Made by a program: the position numbers and the translations under genes. The notes beneath the pieces are model-generated. The model worked only from the letters and a program-made list of their open reading frames with translations, made no database searches and was not told the origin of the DNA. DNA of 64,000 nucleotides from an uncultured beta proteobacterium (GTDB lineage: Bacteria > Pseudomonadota > Gammaproteobacteria > Burkholderiales > Burkholderiaceae_C): assembly GCA_963839465.1 (NCBI GenBank), contig CAWIVI010000020.1, forward strand, positions 31,763 through 95,762, given 5' to 3'. Below, one piece after another: positions 22,058 through 33,485 of this stretch. Numbering within the stretch: position 1 is the first letter of the stretch; each line of letters opens with the position of its first letter.

Positions 22058-23333
22058 TCAATACCTTCCAGTGATGCCGGCCATGCGCAGGTAGACATGC
22101 GCGCACCAGGCGACGATGCCGCGCTGCAGCGCCGGCCACCATCCGCCCCGCAGCGCGGGCCCGTCACTTCGCGCGACGCCGCCACCGCCTCGTCGAACTC
22201 CCGCGCCAGCTCGCGCGCAAAGGCCGCGTCCTGCACGATCACGTTGGCCTCCAGGTTGAGCAGCAGCGACAGCGGGTCGATGTTCGAGCTGCCCACCGTC
22301 GCCCAGTCGTCGTCCACCACGGCCACCTTCGCGTGCAGGAAGGCCGGCGTGTACTCGTGGATGCGCACGCCGTAGCGAAGCAGCTCGTCATACAGCACGC
22401 GTGGCCGCGAGGCCGGCGAACCGGTAGTCGAGCTTGCCCTGCAGCAGCAGACGCACCTTCACGCCTCGCCGCGCCGCCTCGCGCAGCGTGCGCCGGAAGA
22501 GGCGGCCCGGATAGAAGTAGGGCGACGCCAGGTCGATGCGCTCGCGAGCCCTCGCGAAGGCCTCGATGTAGCTGCGCTCGATCGCCCGCCGCTGCCGCAC
22601 GTTGTCGCGCACGACGAAGGCGCAGCGCACGGGCCGCTCGTCCTCGGCCGACGGCCGCAACTCGACCGCCTTCGGCTTGATGCGCATGCGGCGCAGCAGC
22701 TCCCTGGCCTGCGTCATCGGCTCGGCGCTGCGGGCCAGCGCCTTCACCTCCTCGCGCCAGTCGTGGCCGAACGCCGCGCGCGTCCACATCGCCCGTGCGG
22801 TCTGCGCCACCGGCGCGCACACCGGCCCGCGCAGCTCCACCGCGAAGTCCAGCCGCGGCGCATCGCCGAACCCATGGTTCAGGTCGTTGCGGTCGTCGAT
22901 CAGGTTGATGCCGCCGACGAAGGCGATCTCGCCGTCGACCACGCACAGCTTGTGGTGCAGGCGGCGAAACTGCCCAGGCTGCAGCCAGCTCCACCAGAGA
23001 TGCACCGGGCGGAACACCGCCAGCGCCACCTGGTCGCCGCCCCAGTGCTCGCGCAGCTGCGCCAGTGCCGCCTTGGAGCCGAAGCCGTCCACCACCACGC
23101 GCACGCGCACGCCGCGCCGGGCGGCGGCCGCGAGCGCTGCGCGCCACGCACAGGGCGGCCTCGTCGTCGTGAAAGATGTAGGTCGCGAGCCAGACCTCGT
23201 GCCGCGCCTGCGAGATGGCCTCGCACATCGCCGGGAACAGCGCATCGCCGCCGCGCAGCAGCCGCACGTCGTTGCCGCCGACGAACACGGCGCGCGGCAA
23301 CGCGTACCAGGCGAGATCGTCGGGCTGCTTCAT
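22058..23333 (-). CDS. clsB: cardiolipin synthase B-like phospholipase D family protein; three apparent frameshifts near 22125, 22395 and 23150
   Basis: There are two HKD motifs: HHKLCVVDGEIAFVGGINLIDD and LHAKVAVVDDDWATVGSSNID. The C-terminal tail WWPALQRGIVAWCAHVYLRMAGITGRY is in the third frame. The gene follows an EEP-family gene, as in the E. coli ybhP-clsB arrangement. Confidence 0.75.
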
Positions 23334-23346
23334 GGTCGGGCCGCGC

Positions 23347-24150
23347 TCAGCCGGGCTGGAATTCCGCGACCAGCGGCAGGTGGTCCGACATGCGGGCCCA
23401 GGCCGCGCCGCGCGGCACGAAGGTCGAGAGGCATTCGAGGCCGCGGGTGTAGATGCGATCGAGCGCAAACACCGGCACGAGCGAGGGGAAGGTCGGGCGC
23501 GTCCGCGCCCCTTGGGGCAGCGCGCGCGCCAGGCCGATTTCGCGCATCGGCCGGTCCAGCTTCTCGCCCCAGTCGTTGAAGTCGCCGGCGACGATCAGCG
23601 TCGCGTCCTTCGGCACATTGGCATCGATGAACTGCGCCAGCCGGTGCACCTGCCGCACCCGGCCGGAGTGCATGAGCCCGAAGTGCGCCACGACCACGTG
23701 CACATGCAGCCCGTGCCACTGCACCGGCGCGTGCAGCAGCCCGCGCTGCTCGAAGCGGTGGTCGCTCACGTCGTGATGGCCGATGTCGCCGATCGGCCAG
23801 CGCGACAGCAGCGCATTCCCGTGCTCGCCGTGCCGCGTGGTGCAGTTGGTGCGGTAGGCCGCCGCGTAGCCTTCGGGCGCCAGGTAGTCCGCCTGGCCGC
23901 CCTCCGGCCAGCCGAACCACGTGCGCTCGAACTGGCGCGCGTCCCGGGTGTGGAAGAGGCGCACCTCCTGCAGGCACACGAGGTCGGCGTCCAGCGCCTC
24001 CACGCCCAGCCCGAGGTTGTGGATCTCCAGCCGCTTGCGCACGCCCATGCCGCGCACGCCCTTGTGGATGTTGTAGGTGGCCACGCGCAGCACCTGCGCC
24101 GTGGCCGCGAACGGCGGCAGGAGGGAGGAGTTGAGGCGGTTCAGCGTCAC
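23347..24150 (-). CDS. endonuclease/exonuclease/phosphatase (EEP) family protein, YbhP-like
   Basis: Intact ORF. It shows VATYNIHKG, CLQEV, NALLSRWPI, IVAGDFND and SDHLPLVAEF. Confidence 0.8.
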   Translation of the reverse strand: MTLNRLNSSLLPPFAATAQVLRVATYNIHKGVRGMGVRKRLEIHNLGLGVEALDADLVCLQEVRLFHTRDARQFERTWFGWPEGGQADYLAPEGYAAAYRTNCTTRHGEHGNALLSRWPIGDIGHHDVSDHRFEQRGLLHAPVQWHGLHVHVVVAHFGLMHSGRVRQVHRLAQFIDANVPKDATLIVAGDFNDWGEKLDRPMREIGLARALPQGARTRPTFPSLVPVFALDRIYTRGLECLSTFVPRGAAWARMSDHLPLVAEFQPG

Positions 24151-24154
24151 GGTG

Positions 24155-24619
24155 TCACGGCACGAACCGGGGCAGCTGCAGGATGGCCTCGGCGTTCGAC
24201 GGCGAGAAGCAGCGGTCGGCGGCCTCGCGCCAGGGCAGCCACGCGTGGTCCAGGTGCTCGCGCGGATTCAGTCGCACGGGCAACGGCCGTGCCACCGTGA
24301 GGCCGAACACGTGCTCGAGGTTGTGCGTCACGCCGGCCGCGTAGCGATGACGCCAGACCGGATAGATCTCGTACACATTGCGCAGGGCCCAGTCGCTCAG
24401 CGCCGACAGCGGCGCGTCTTCGCTGCCGATCTCGATGCCCGTCTCCTCGGCCACCTCGCGCACGCACGTCTGCACCAGCGGCTCGTCGGCCCGATCCTTC
24501 GAGCCGGTCACGCTCTGCCAGTAGCCGGGACGGTCGGCGCGCTCGATCAGCAGCACGTCGCGCTGCGGCGTGTGGATGACGACGAGCACCGACTCGGGGA
24601 TCTTGAAACCGTTCTCCAT
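24155..24619 (-). CDS. nudB: NUDIX hydrolase, dihydroneopterin triphosphate diphosphatase-like
   Basis: The Nudix box is GSKDRADEPLVQTCVREVAEETGI. The gene sits next to aspS, as in enterobacteria. The start is at MENGFKIPESV (an alternative Met lies 7 codons upstream). Confidence 0.7.
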   Translation of the reverse strand: MENGFKIPESVLVVIHTPQRDVLLIERADRPGYWQSVTGSKDRADEPLVQTCVREVAEETGIEIGSEDAPLSALSDWALRNVYEIYPVWRHRYAAGVTHNLEHVFGLTVARPLPVRLNPREHLDHAWLPWREAADRCFSPSNAEAILQLPRFVP

Positions 24620-24685
24620 GGTCGCTTTCCGCCCGGTCATTATGATGACCCGGTCGCTCGATGCCATCCGAGGAGACCGCACCGC

Positions 24686-25361
24686 ATGCCCAGGGCAGCG
24701 TCGTCGTTCATCGGCGGGGTTCGCGCCCGAGCCGCTCGCCATCGCTCCACGCTGTTCCGCCGCCATGTCGAGGCGCTGCCGCGGCCGCTGCGCATTCTCG
24801 ATCTCGGCGGCTCGGTGCAGATGTGGACGCGCTGGGGCGTCACCGAGGCGGACGGCCTGCACATCGTGCTCGCGAACGACCACCGCCACGACACCACCCA
24901 CCGTTCCGAGCCGCTGCCCGGGCGATTCATGAACGCCTGGTCGGTCAACGCGCTCGAGCTGCCTCCCGAGGTCTTCGCGCACTACGACCTGGTGTTCTCC
25001 AACTCGATGCTCGAGCACCTGCCGACTCCGGCTGCGCAGGCCCGGCTCGCCGCCGCCATCATGGCCAGCGGCAAGCCCTACTTCATCCAGGTGCCCAACA
25101 AGCGCTGCATCGTGGATCCGCACTTCCCGCACCCGCTTGGCGGCCTACTTCGCGCTCTGGCCGCGCCGCCTCCAGGTGTGGGCGCACGCGCACCATGCGC
25201 TCGGAAGCTCGGGCCGCGCCGGCTCGATGGCGGCGGCGCACGCCGCCATCGCCACCTACCACCCGCTGTCGCGCCACGAGCTTGCCGCGCTCTTCCCCGA
25301 CGGGCGCGTCGTCACCGAATGGAACCTCGGCCTGCCGATGTCGCTCGTGGCTATGCGCTAG
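24686..25361 (+). CDS. class I SAM-dependent methyltransferase; one apparent frameshift near 25138
   Basis: It shows RILDLGGS (motif I) and [13 protein letters not shown]. The C-terminus [10 protein letters not shown]...[14 protein letters not shown] is in ORF 25137..25361. Confidence 0.65.
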
Positions 25362-27145
25362 GCGCGGACGCGTTGCGCAGCCGGATGTGCAACTCGCGCA
25401 GCTGCTTCTCGTCCACCGGGCTGGGCGCATGGGTGAGCAGGCACTGCGCGCGCTGCGTCTTGGGGAACGCGATCACGTCGCGGATGCTTTCCGCCTTCGT
25501 CATCAGCGTCACCAGGCGATCCAGGCCGAACGCGAGCCCGCCGTGCGGCGGCGCCCCGTACTGCAGCGCGTCGAGCAGGAAGCCGAACTTCGACTGCGCC
25601 TCCTCCGGCCCGATCTTCAGCGCGCCGAACACCTTGCTCTGCACGTCCGCCCGGTGAATGCGCACCGAGCCGCCGCCCAGCTCCCATCCGTTGAGCACCA
25701 TGTCGTAGGCCTTGGACACGCATTGGTCCGGCGCGGTGTCCATCAGGTTCTCGTGGCCGTCCTTCGGCGCCGTGAAGGGGTGATGCACCGCGTTCCAGCG
25801 CTGGGCCTCCTCGTCGTACTCGAACATCGGGAAGTCCACCACCCACAGCGGCGCCCAGCGGTCCTCGAAGAGCCCACGGGCGCGGCCGAAGTCGCTGTGG
25901 CCGATCTTCACGACGAAGCGCGCCCAGCGCGTCGTTGACGACCTTCGCCTTGTCGGCCCCGAAGAAGATCAGGTCTCCGTTGCGCGCCCCCGTGCGGGCG
26001 ATGATCTCGCCCAAGGCGCCGTCGTGCAGGTTCTTCACGATCGGAGACTGCAAGCCCTCGCGTCCCTTGGCGGCGTCGTTCACCTTGATCCACGCCAGGC
26101 CCTTGGCGCCATAGATCTTCACGAACTCCCCGTAGCCGTCGATCTCGCCACGGCTCATCTCGCCGCCGCCCGGCACCCGCAGCGCCGCCACGCGGCCGCC
26201 CTTCATCGTGGCCGGCGTCGAGAACACCTTGAAGTCGACATCACGCACCACGTCCGTCAGCTCGGTGAACTCCAGCTTCACGCGCAGGTCCGGCTTGTCC
26301 GAGCCGTAGCGGTGCATGGCCTCGGAGTACTTCATGACCGGATACACCGGCAGCTCCACGTCCAGCGCGCGCCGGAACACCGTGCGGATCATCCCTTCCG
26401 TGATGGCGCGGATCTCCTCCTCGTCGAGGAAGGAGGTCTCGATGTCGATCTGCGTGAACTCGGGCTGGCGGTCGGCACGCAGGTCTTCGTCGCGAAAGCA
26501 CTTCGTGATCTGGTAGTAGCGGTCGAACCCCGCCACCATCAGCAGCTGCTTGAACAGCTGGGGCGACTGCGGCAGCGCGAAGAAGTGCCCGTGATTCACG
26601 CGGCTGGGCACCAGGTAGTCGCGCGCGCCCTCGGGCGTGCTCTTCGTGAGCATCGGCGTCTCGATGTCGATGAAGCCGTGGTCGTCGAGGTACTTGCGCA
26701 CCTCCATCGCGACGCGGTAGCGCAGCATCAGGTTGCGCTGCATCGTGGGGCGGCGCAGGTCCAGCACGCGATGCGTCAGGCGCGTGGTCTCGGACAGGTT
26801 CTCGTCGTCGAGCTGGAAGGGCGGCGTGACGCTCGGGTTGAGCACTTCGAGCTGCTCGGCCAGCACCTCCACCTTGCCGCTGGGCAGCGATGCGTTCTCG
26901 GTGCCGGCAGGCCGGGGGCGCACGCGGCCCACCACCTTGAGGCAGAACTCGTTGCGCACGTCCTCGGCGGTCGCGAACGTGGCCTCCCGATCGGGATCGC
27001 ACACCACCTGCACCAGGCCCTCGCGGTCGCGCAGGTCGATGAAGATCACGCCTCCATGGTCCCGGCGTCGATGCGCCCAGCCCATGAGGGTGACGGTCTG
27101 GCCCATCAGCGCCTCGCTGACGAGCCCGCAGTACGTGGTTCTCAT
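25351..27145 (-). CDS. aspS: aspartate--tRNA ligase; one apparent frameshift near 25918
   Basis: The N-terminal OB-fold domain starts MRTTYCGLV. It has class II motifs ([18 protein letters not shown]), [11 protein letters not shown], and the C-terminal GGGSVRIH...[16 protein letters not shown] in ORF 25351..25911. Confidence 0.95.
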
Positions 27146-27223
27146 TGTTCGCTCCGGATCGATTGGGGGTGCCGCATCGGCGGCAAATTCGGCGCCTCGA
27201 AGGCTGAACGCTCGCCGGCGCGT

Positions 27224-27871
27224 TCAGCCGGCCTGGTTTCGCAGGGCCGGCAGCACCGGCCCGTTCGGCGCCACGACGCCCATCGAGATGATGTACTTCA
27301 GCGCCTCGTCGACCGTCATCGCCAGCGGGACCACGTCGGCTCGCGGCAGCATCAGGAAGAAGCCCGAGGTCGGGTTCGGCGTGGTCGGCACGTAGATGCT
27401 GAGGTAGTCGCCATGCAGGTGCGAGCTCACCTCGCCGCCCGGCTTGCCGGTGACGAACGCGATCGTCCAGGCGCCGGCGCGCGGGTACTGCACCAGCACC
27501 GCCTCGCGAAAGGCGTTGCCCGAGCTCGAGAAAAGCGTGTCGGAAACCTGCTTGACCGAGCTGTAGATCGACTTGACGATCGGGATGCGCTGCAGCAGGC
27601 GGCCGCCCTGGTGCAGCCACCACTGGCCGACGATGTTCCTGGCGAACATGCCGGTGAGCATCAGCGCGCCCAGCATGACGAGCACGCCCAGCCCCGGAAC
27701 GCGGCGCAACGCCTCCAGCGGCTCGTGCGCCGACTGCGGCAGCACCGCCTGCGACGTGCTGATCAGCCAGCCGAACAGCGCATCGAACACGCCGAGCACC
27801 GACGCCAGCACCCAGATCGTGATGGCCAGCGGCAGCCAGACCAGCAGTCCGGCGAGGATGTATTTTTTCAA
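27224..27871 (-). CDS. DUF502 family membrane protein
   Basis: Intact ORF. There are two N-terminal TM segments, then PIVKSIYSSVKQVSD, TTPNPTSGFFLM and EALKYIISMG. Confidence 0.8.
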   Translation of the reverse strand: MKKYILAGLLVWLPLAITIWVLASVLGVFDALFGWLISTSQAVLPQSAHEPLEALRRVPGLGVLVMLGALMLTGMFARNIVGQWWLHQGGRLLQRIPIVKSIYSSVKQVSDTLFSSSGNAFREAVLVQYPRAGAWTIAFVTGKPGGEVSSHLHGDYLSIYVPTTPNPTSGFFLMLPRADVVPLAMTVDEALKYIISMGVVAPNGPVLPALRNQAG

Positions 27872-27878
27872 CGCGCGC

Positions 27879-28239
27879 TCAGTGGCACGCGCACGACGTG
27901 CCGCAGCCGGCCGCCGATGCGCTGCCTTCGGCCGGCGCCGCCGGCTTCGCGTCGCCGCCGCCCGTGCCGTCGGACTTGCCGTCGGACTTGCCGTCGGACT
28001 TGCCGTCGCCCGCGCTTGCCGTCGCTCTTGCCTTCGGCCGCTTTCGCCGGCGCGCTGCCGCCCTTGAAGTCGGTCGCGTACCAGCCGGAGCCCTTGAGCT
28101 GGAAGCCGGCGGCGGTGAGCTGCTTGGAGAACGACGGCGCGCCACAGGCCGGGCAGGCCGTCAGCGGCGCGTCGGAGAGCTTTTGCAGCACGTCTTTCGT
28201 GTGGCCGCAGCTGCCGCAGCGATAGGCGTAGATTGGCAT
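27879..28239 (-). CDS. FmdB-family putative zinc-ribbon regulatory protein; one apparent frameshift near 28014
   Basis: It starts MPIYAYRCGSCGH...CPACG. Then come a (GKSD)n repeat linker and the C-terminal GCGTSCACH in ORF 27879..28145. Confidence 0.75.
27966..28010. repeat. 12-bp tandem repeat (gccgtcggactt x3 plus a partial unit) encoding (GKSD)n
   Basis: Three direct perfect copies are seen at 27966-28001. The repeat lies in the coding linker of the FmdB-family gene. Confidence 0.9.
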
Positions 28240-28295
28240 GGCTAAGCCCTTGATTTGAAACGCGAAATTATACGGTCGGGCGGTCGTTCACGGCT

Positions 28296-29751
28296 TCAGG
28301 CCGCCAGGGGACGCCGCGGCTCATGCCGGTTCTTCAGCCGCTGGGGCATCAAGGAGCCGACAACCATGCCGGCGAACGCCGCCAGCAGGCCGGCCAGCTG
28401 GCCGGGAAACAGCTCTCCGAGCATGGAAACCTGCGGGAAGAAGAGGATCCACGTGCCCACGCCGGCCACCAGCGAGAACACCGCGCCCTGGGTCGTGGCG
28501 CGCTTCCAGTACAGCCCGGTCACCAGAGGGACGAAGGCGCCGACCAGCGTCACCTGGTAGGCGGAAGAGACCAACTCGTAGATCGTCGTGCCCTGCATCG
28601 CGATCGCGTAGGCCAGCACGAGCGCGGCGAACACGACGATCGTGAACCGCATCGCGAGCAGCTGCTGCTGGTCGCTCATGTGAGGGCGTACGTTCTTCAG
28701 GATGTTCTCGACGAAGCTGGTGCTCGGCGCCAGCAGCGTGGCCGACGACGTGCTCTTGATGGCCGACAGCAACGCCCCGAAGAACAGGATCTGCATGAAC
28801 AGCGGCATCTTCGTGAGGACGAAGGTCGGCAGCAGCCGCTGGTAGTCGTCCTTGGCGAGGTCCATGGCGCTCGAGCCCATCACCACCACCGCGCTGGCCA
28901 CGATGAACATCGGCACGAACGCGAACAGGATGTAGCTCACGCCGCCGATCACCGCACCGTTGCGCGCCGTGGGCGCATTGCGCGCCGACATCACGCGCTG
29001 GAACACGTCCTGCTGGGGGATGCTGCCCAGCATCATCGTCAGTCCTGCCGCGATGAAGAAGGCGATGTCGGTGAAGGTGGGCGCGGGCAGGAACTTCCAC
29101 AGGTCGGCCTGGGTGGCCATCGCGAACACCTGGTCCGGCGCCGCCGGCAAGATCGGCGGCGAACACTGCAATCACCGCGAGCCCGATCACCAGCACGATC
29201 ATCTGGATGAAGTCGGTCCAGGCCACGGCAAGGAAGCCGCCGACCACCACGTAGACCAGGACCGCCAGGGTGCCCACGATCATCCCGGCCGTCTCGGACA
29301 TCGCGCCATCCGTCAGCACCGAGAACACCAGGCCGAGCGCCGTGATCTGCGCCGCCACCCAGCCGAGGTAGCTCAGGATGATGGCCACGGAACAGAAGAT
29401 CTCCACGCCCTTGCCGAAGCGCTGGCGGTAGAAGTCGCCGATGGTCAGCAGGTTCTGGCGGTAGAGCTTGGCAGCGAAGAAGAGGCCCACCAGGACGAGG
29501 CAGGTGCCGGCGCCGAAGGGATCCTCGACGACCGCGTTCAGCCCGCCCTGGACGAAACGCGCCGGGATCCCCATGACGGTCTCGGCGCCGAACCAGGTGG
29601 CAAAGGTGGTCGTGACCACCATCACGAGCGGCAGGCTGCGGCCGGCGATGGCGAAGTCGGTCGTGTTCTTGATGCGTGTCCCGGCCCACACGCCCAGTGC
29701 GAGCGTGCCCAGGAGATAGATCACGACGAAGGAGATGAGTGTCACGTTCAT
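28296..29751 (-). CDS. sodium:solute symporter (SSS) family transporter; one apparent frameshift near 29138
   Basis: The N-terminus is [24 protein letters not shown]...[10 protein letters not shown]...[11 protein letters not shown]. It continues in ORF 28296..29171 with multiple TM segments. Confidence 0.85.
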
Positions 29752-29812
29752 GCGGCACGGCCTGGAAGGTCACATCGAACGGGGCGCATTATCTCGCGCC
29801 GAAACGAGCCGT

Positions 29813-31358
29813 TCAGGCGACGAACAGGACCGCGACCGCCGCGCCTGCGGCAAATCCCACGCCGCTCCAGACCAGGATCGACAGCAGCCGGTTCGTCCGG
29901 CGCTGCTCCGCCAGCAGCGCCACGAGCGCCGGGGACGCCGAGCCCGCAGCCCGGACGGCCAGCGCGTGGTGCACCAGGCGCGGCAGCTCGGGCAGCAGCC
30001 GCGCGAAGTTCGGCGCTTCCTTGCGAACGCGCTCGAGCAGCCCGCGCCAGCCGACCTGCTCGTCCATCCACCGCTCCAGGAAGGGCTTGGCGGTGTTCCA
30101 CAGGTCGAGCTCGGGGTCGAGCTGGCGGCCCAGCCCTTCCACGTTGAGCAGCGTCTTCTGCAGCAGTACGAGCTGCGGCTGGATCTCCACGTTGAAGCGG
30201 CGCGAAGTCTGGAACAGCCGCATGAGCACCTGGCCGAGCGAGATGTCCTTCAGCGGGCGGTCGAAGTGCGGTTCGCAGACCGCCCGGATCGCCGACTCCA
30301 GCGCATCGACTCGCGTCGCCGGCGGCACCCAGCCCGATTCGACGTGCAGTTCCGCCACGCGCTTGTAGTCGCGGCGGAAGAAGGCGATGAAGTTCTGCGC
30401 CAGGTAATCCTTGTCGAACTCGGTGAGCGTGCCGATGATCCCGAAATCGAGCGCGATGTAGCGCCCGAACGTGCCCGGCGCCAGGCTCACCTGGATGTTG
30501 CCCGGGTGCATGTCGGCGTGGAAGAAGCCGTCGCGGAACACCTGCGTGAAGAAGATCGTCACGCCGTCGCGCGCCAGCTTCCTGAAGTCGACGCCGGCAT
30601 CGCGCAGCCGCTGCATCTGGCTGATCGGCACGCCGTGCATGCGCTCCATCACGAGCACGTCGGGCGTGGAGAGGTCCCACAGCATCTCGGGGATCATCAC
30701 CAGCCCGAGGCCCTCCATGTTGCGGCGCAGCTGCGCCGCGTTCGCGGCCTCGCGCTGCAGGTCGAGCTCCTCGTGCAGGTAGATGTCGAACTCGGCGACC
30801 ACCTCGCGTGGCTTGAGGCGCTTGCCGTCCACCGACACCCGCTCGACCCAGCGCGGCCAGACGATGCAGCAGCGCCAGGTCGCTCTCGATGGCCCAGAGC
30901 ATGCCGGGCCGCAGCACCTTCACCGCCACCTCGCGCCCATCGAGCAACGTGGCGAAGTGCACCTGCGCGATGGAGGCGCTGGCCACCGGCACCGGGTCGA
31001 AGGTGGCGAAGACGGCATCGAGCGGGCGGCGGAAGGCGCGCTCCACCAGCGCCACCGCCACCGTGCCGGGAAACGGCGGGACGCGGTCCTGCAGCCGGGC
31101 CAGCTCGTCTGCCACGTCGAGCGGCAGCAGGTCTCGCCGCGTCGACAGCACCTGTCCGAACTTGACGAAGATCGGCCCCAGCCGCTCGAGCGCGCGTCGC
31201 AGCCGCACGCCGCGCGGCTCGTCGAAGCGGCGGCCGATCATCGCGACGCGCCCGACCGCGCGCACCCAGCGCCGGCGGAAGCTGGACAACGCGATGTCGT
31301 CCAGGCCGAAGCGCAGGACGGTGAAGACGATGAAGATCAGGCGCGCGAGCTGGCGCAT
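29813..31358 (-). CDS. ubiB: ubiquinone biosynthesis regulatory kinase-like protein UbiB (ABC1/ADCK family); one apparent frameshift near 30862
   Basis: It shows [27 protein letters not shown], and VAVKVLRPG, then [21 protein letters not shown] and LDFGI. There are C-terminal TM segments. Confidence 0.92.
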
Positions 31359-31893
31359 CTAGGGCTTCGGCCGCGGGCGCCAGCGGGCGGCCAGCTCGCC
31401 GGCGCCGCGCATCGCGGAGCGCAGCCCCTGCGCGAACGACGACCCCACGCGGGCGATCTGGTGCGCCGCGCGCGCACCGAACACGCGCTCCAGATCGGCT
31501 TCCGCGTCCCACCGCAGGTTCGTGATGAGCCAGTTGATGTCGGTCGGCGAATGCAGCGTCGCCCTGCAGCTCGATGGTCGGCGGCACGCCCGCGGCCATG
31601 TCGGCCAGCAGCATCGCCGGGTTGGAGGCGTCCAGGCGCAGCTCGAGGTCGGCCGCCAGCGGGGCGTCGGTGCCGCGCCACTCCAGCAGCCCCGCCGGCG
31701 TCACGCGGAAGGCAAACGCGGGCGGCACCGGCAGCAGCGAAGGCCAGCCGTCGAAGTGCAAGCGGATGCTTCTGCCGCGATGCGGCTTCAGGCGCTCGGT
31801 CGCCACCGGCTCGGCCGCCACGACGTGGTTGACCATGAGCGTCAGGCGCTCCATCACGGCCGGTGCAAGCAGGGCGTTGAGGGCTTCGAGCAT
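31359..31893 (-). CDS. ubiJ: SCP2-domain ubiquinone biosynthesis accessory factor UbiJ-like; one apparent frameshift near 31545
   Basis: It starts MLEALNALLAPAVMERLTLMVNHV and contains IELQGDAAFA, then INWLITNLRWDAEADLERVFG. Its stop abuts the ubiB start codon. Confidence 0.6.
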
Positions 31894-32048
31894 GCGCGCG
31901 ATTGTAGGCAACCGTTCACAGCGCAACCCCCTGGACGGGCGCCGGCTGCCGCGATCTTTTGATAGAGAATTGGACAGACCCGGCATCGGGGTGCCGCCCC
32001 CCGAGACGCGGGGCCGCGCGGAGGAGCCGGCCGACCCCCAAAGTCCCA

Positions 32049-33445
32049 ATGTTCGAGAACCGCAGCTACAAGAGGACGTTCTACAGCGCGCCGCAATCGG
32101 TGACCTCGCTGATCGCCGCTTTCATGGAGCCGACGATCACGGTGGCTGTGTTCCTCATCGCCACCCGCTGGGTGGGCGACCCCATCCTGCGCTCCGATCT
32201 CACCCTGTGCCTGCTGGTGTTCGCGCTCACCTTCCCGGGCCGCAACCGCTTCAAGGACAACCTGCTCGCCGCCGGGACCGACCTCGTCACCTCGTGGATC
32301 GTGCTGCTGGCCATCCTGGCGCTCTGCGGCTACGCCACCAACAGCCTGCACTACTTCGACACCCGCGTGCTCATTGGCCTGGACGCTGGTCACGCCCGTG
32401 CTCCAGTGGCTGTCGGTGTGGGTCGGCCAGGAGGTGCTGCGCCGCATGGCCAAGCGCCCCGAGATGCGCCGCTCGGCCGTGGTCGTCGGCGCCGGGCCTC
32501 TGGGCGTGAAGGTCTCCAAGGCCTTGCTCGAAAGCCAGGACCAGGGCGTCGATTTCGTCGGCTACTTCGACGACCGCACCGACGAGCGGCTGCACGGCGA
32601 AGCCGTCCACGACCGGCTCGGCACGCTGCGCGACCTCGCGCCCTACGTGCGCGCGCAGGGCATCAAGGAGGTCTACATCACGCTGCCGCTCGGCTCGCAG
32701 CCGCGCATCGTGGAGCTGCTCGAGCAGGTGCAGGGCACCACGGCGTCGCATGTTCTTCGTGCCCGACGTCTTCGGCATCAGCATCATCCAGGGGCGGCTG
32801 CAGGACATGAACGGCGTGCCGGTCGTCGGCATCTGCGAGACCCCGTTCACCGGCACCAACGAGCTCGTCAAGCGCGTGTCCGACATCGTTCTCGCCACGC
32901 TGATCCTCATCCTCATCTCGCCGCTGCTGCTGGCCATCGCCATCGGCGTCCGGCTGAGCTCCCCCGGGCCCGTCATCTTCAAGCAGCGGCGCAACGGCCT
33001 CGACGGCGAGGAGATCACCGTCTACAAGTTCCGCACCATGCGGGCGATGGACGACGGCCAGGTCGTTCCGCAGGCGACCAAGGGCGACCCCCGCATCACG
33101 CCTTTCGGCGCATTCCTGCGCCGCACCTCGCTCGACGAGCTGCCCCAGTTCGTCAACGTGCTGCAAGGGCGCATGAGCATCGTCGGCCCGCGGCCGCATG
33201 CGGTGGCCCACAACGAGCAGTACCGCGAAATGATCAAGGCGTACATGGTGCGCCACAAGGTGAAGCCCGGCATCACCGGCTGGGCGCAGGTCAACGGCCT
33301 GCGTGGCGAGACCGAGACGATCGAGAAAATGCGCCAGCGCGTCGAATACGATCTGGAGTACCTGCGCAACTGGTCCCTGGGCCTGGACCTGCAGATCATC
33401 GTGCGCACCGCGCGGCTCGTGCTCTTCGACCGCAACGCGTACTGA
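32049..33445 (+). CDS. undecaprenyl-phosphate hexose-1-phosphate transferase (WcaJ/EpsB-type priming sugar transferase); apparent frameshifts near 32375 and 32745
   Basis: There are N-terminal TM segments, a central Rossmann-like segment (AVVVGAGPLG), and a C-terminal bacterial sugar transferase domain (PGPVIFKQRRNGLDGE, YKFRTM, DELPQFVNVLQGRMSIVGPRPH, KPGITGWAQVNG). Confidence 0.9.
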
Positions 33446-33485
33446 GTGCGTGATGTGTTCGGCCCCAACCCGAGAAAGGATTGCC

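Noticed and set aside
25351-31358. Calling aspS, ubiB, the SSS transporter and the other frame-broken genes pseudogenes.
   Set aside because: Essential genes are affected, and the shifts occur about once per kb across unrelated genes. Several are compensated within about 150-250 bp, and the protein sequence on both sides remains well conserved. Sequencing or assembly indels are the parsimonious explanation, so the features are reported as CDS with a caveat.
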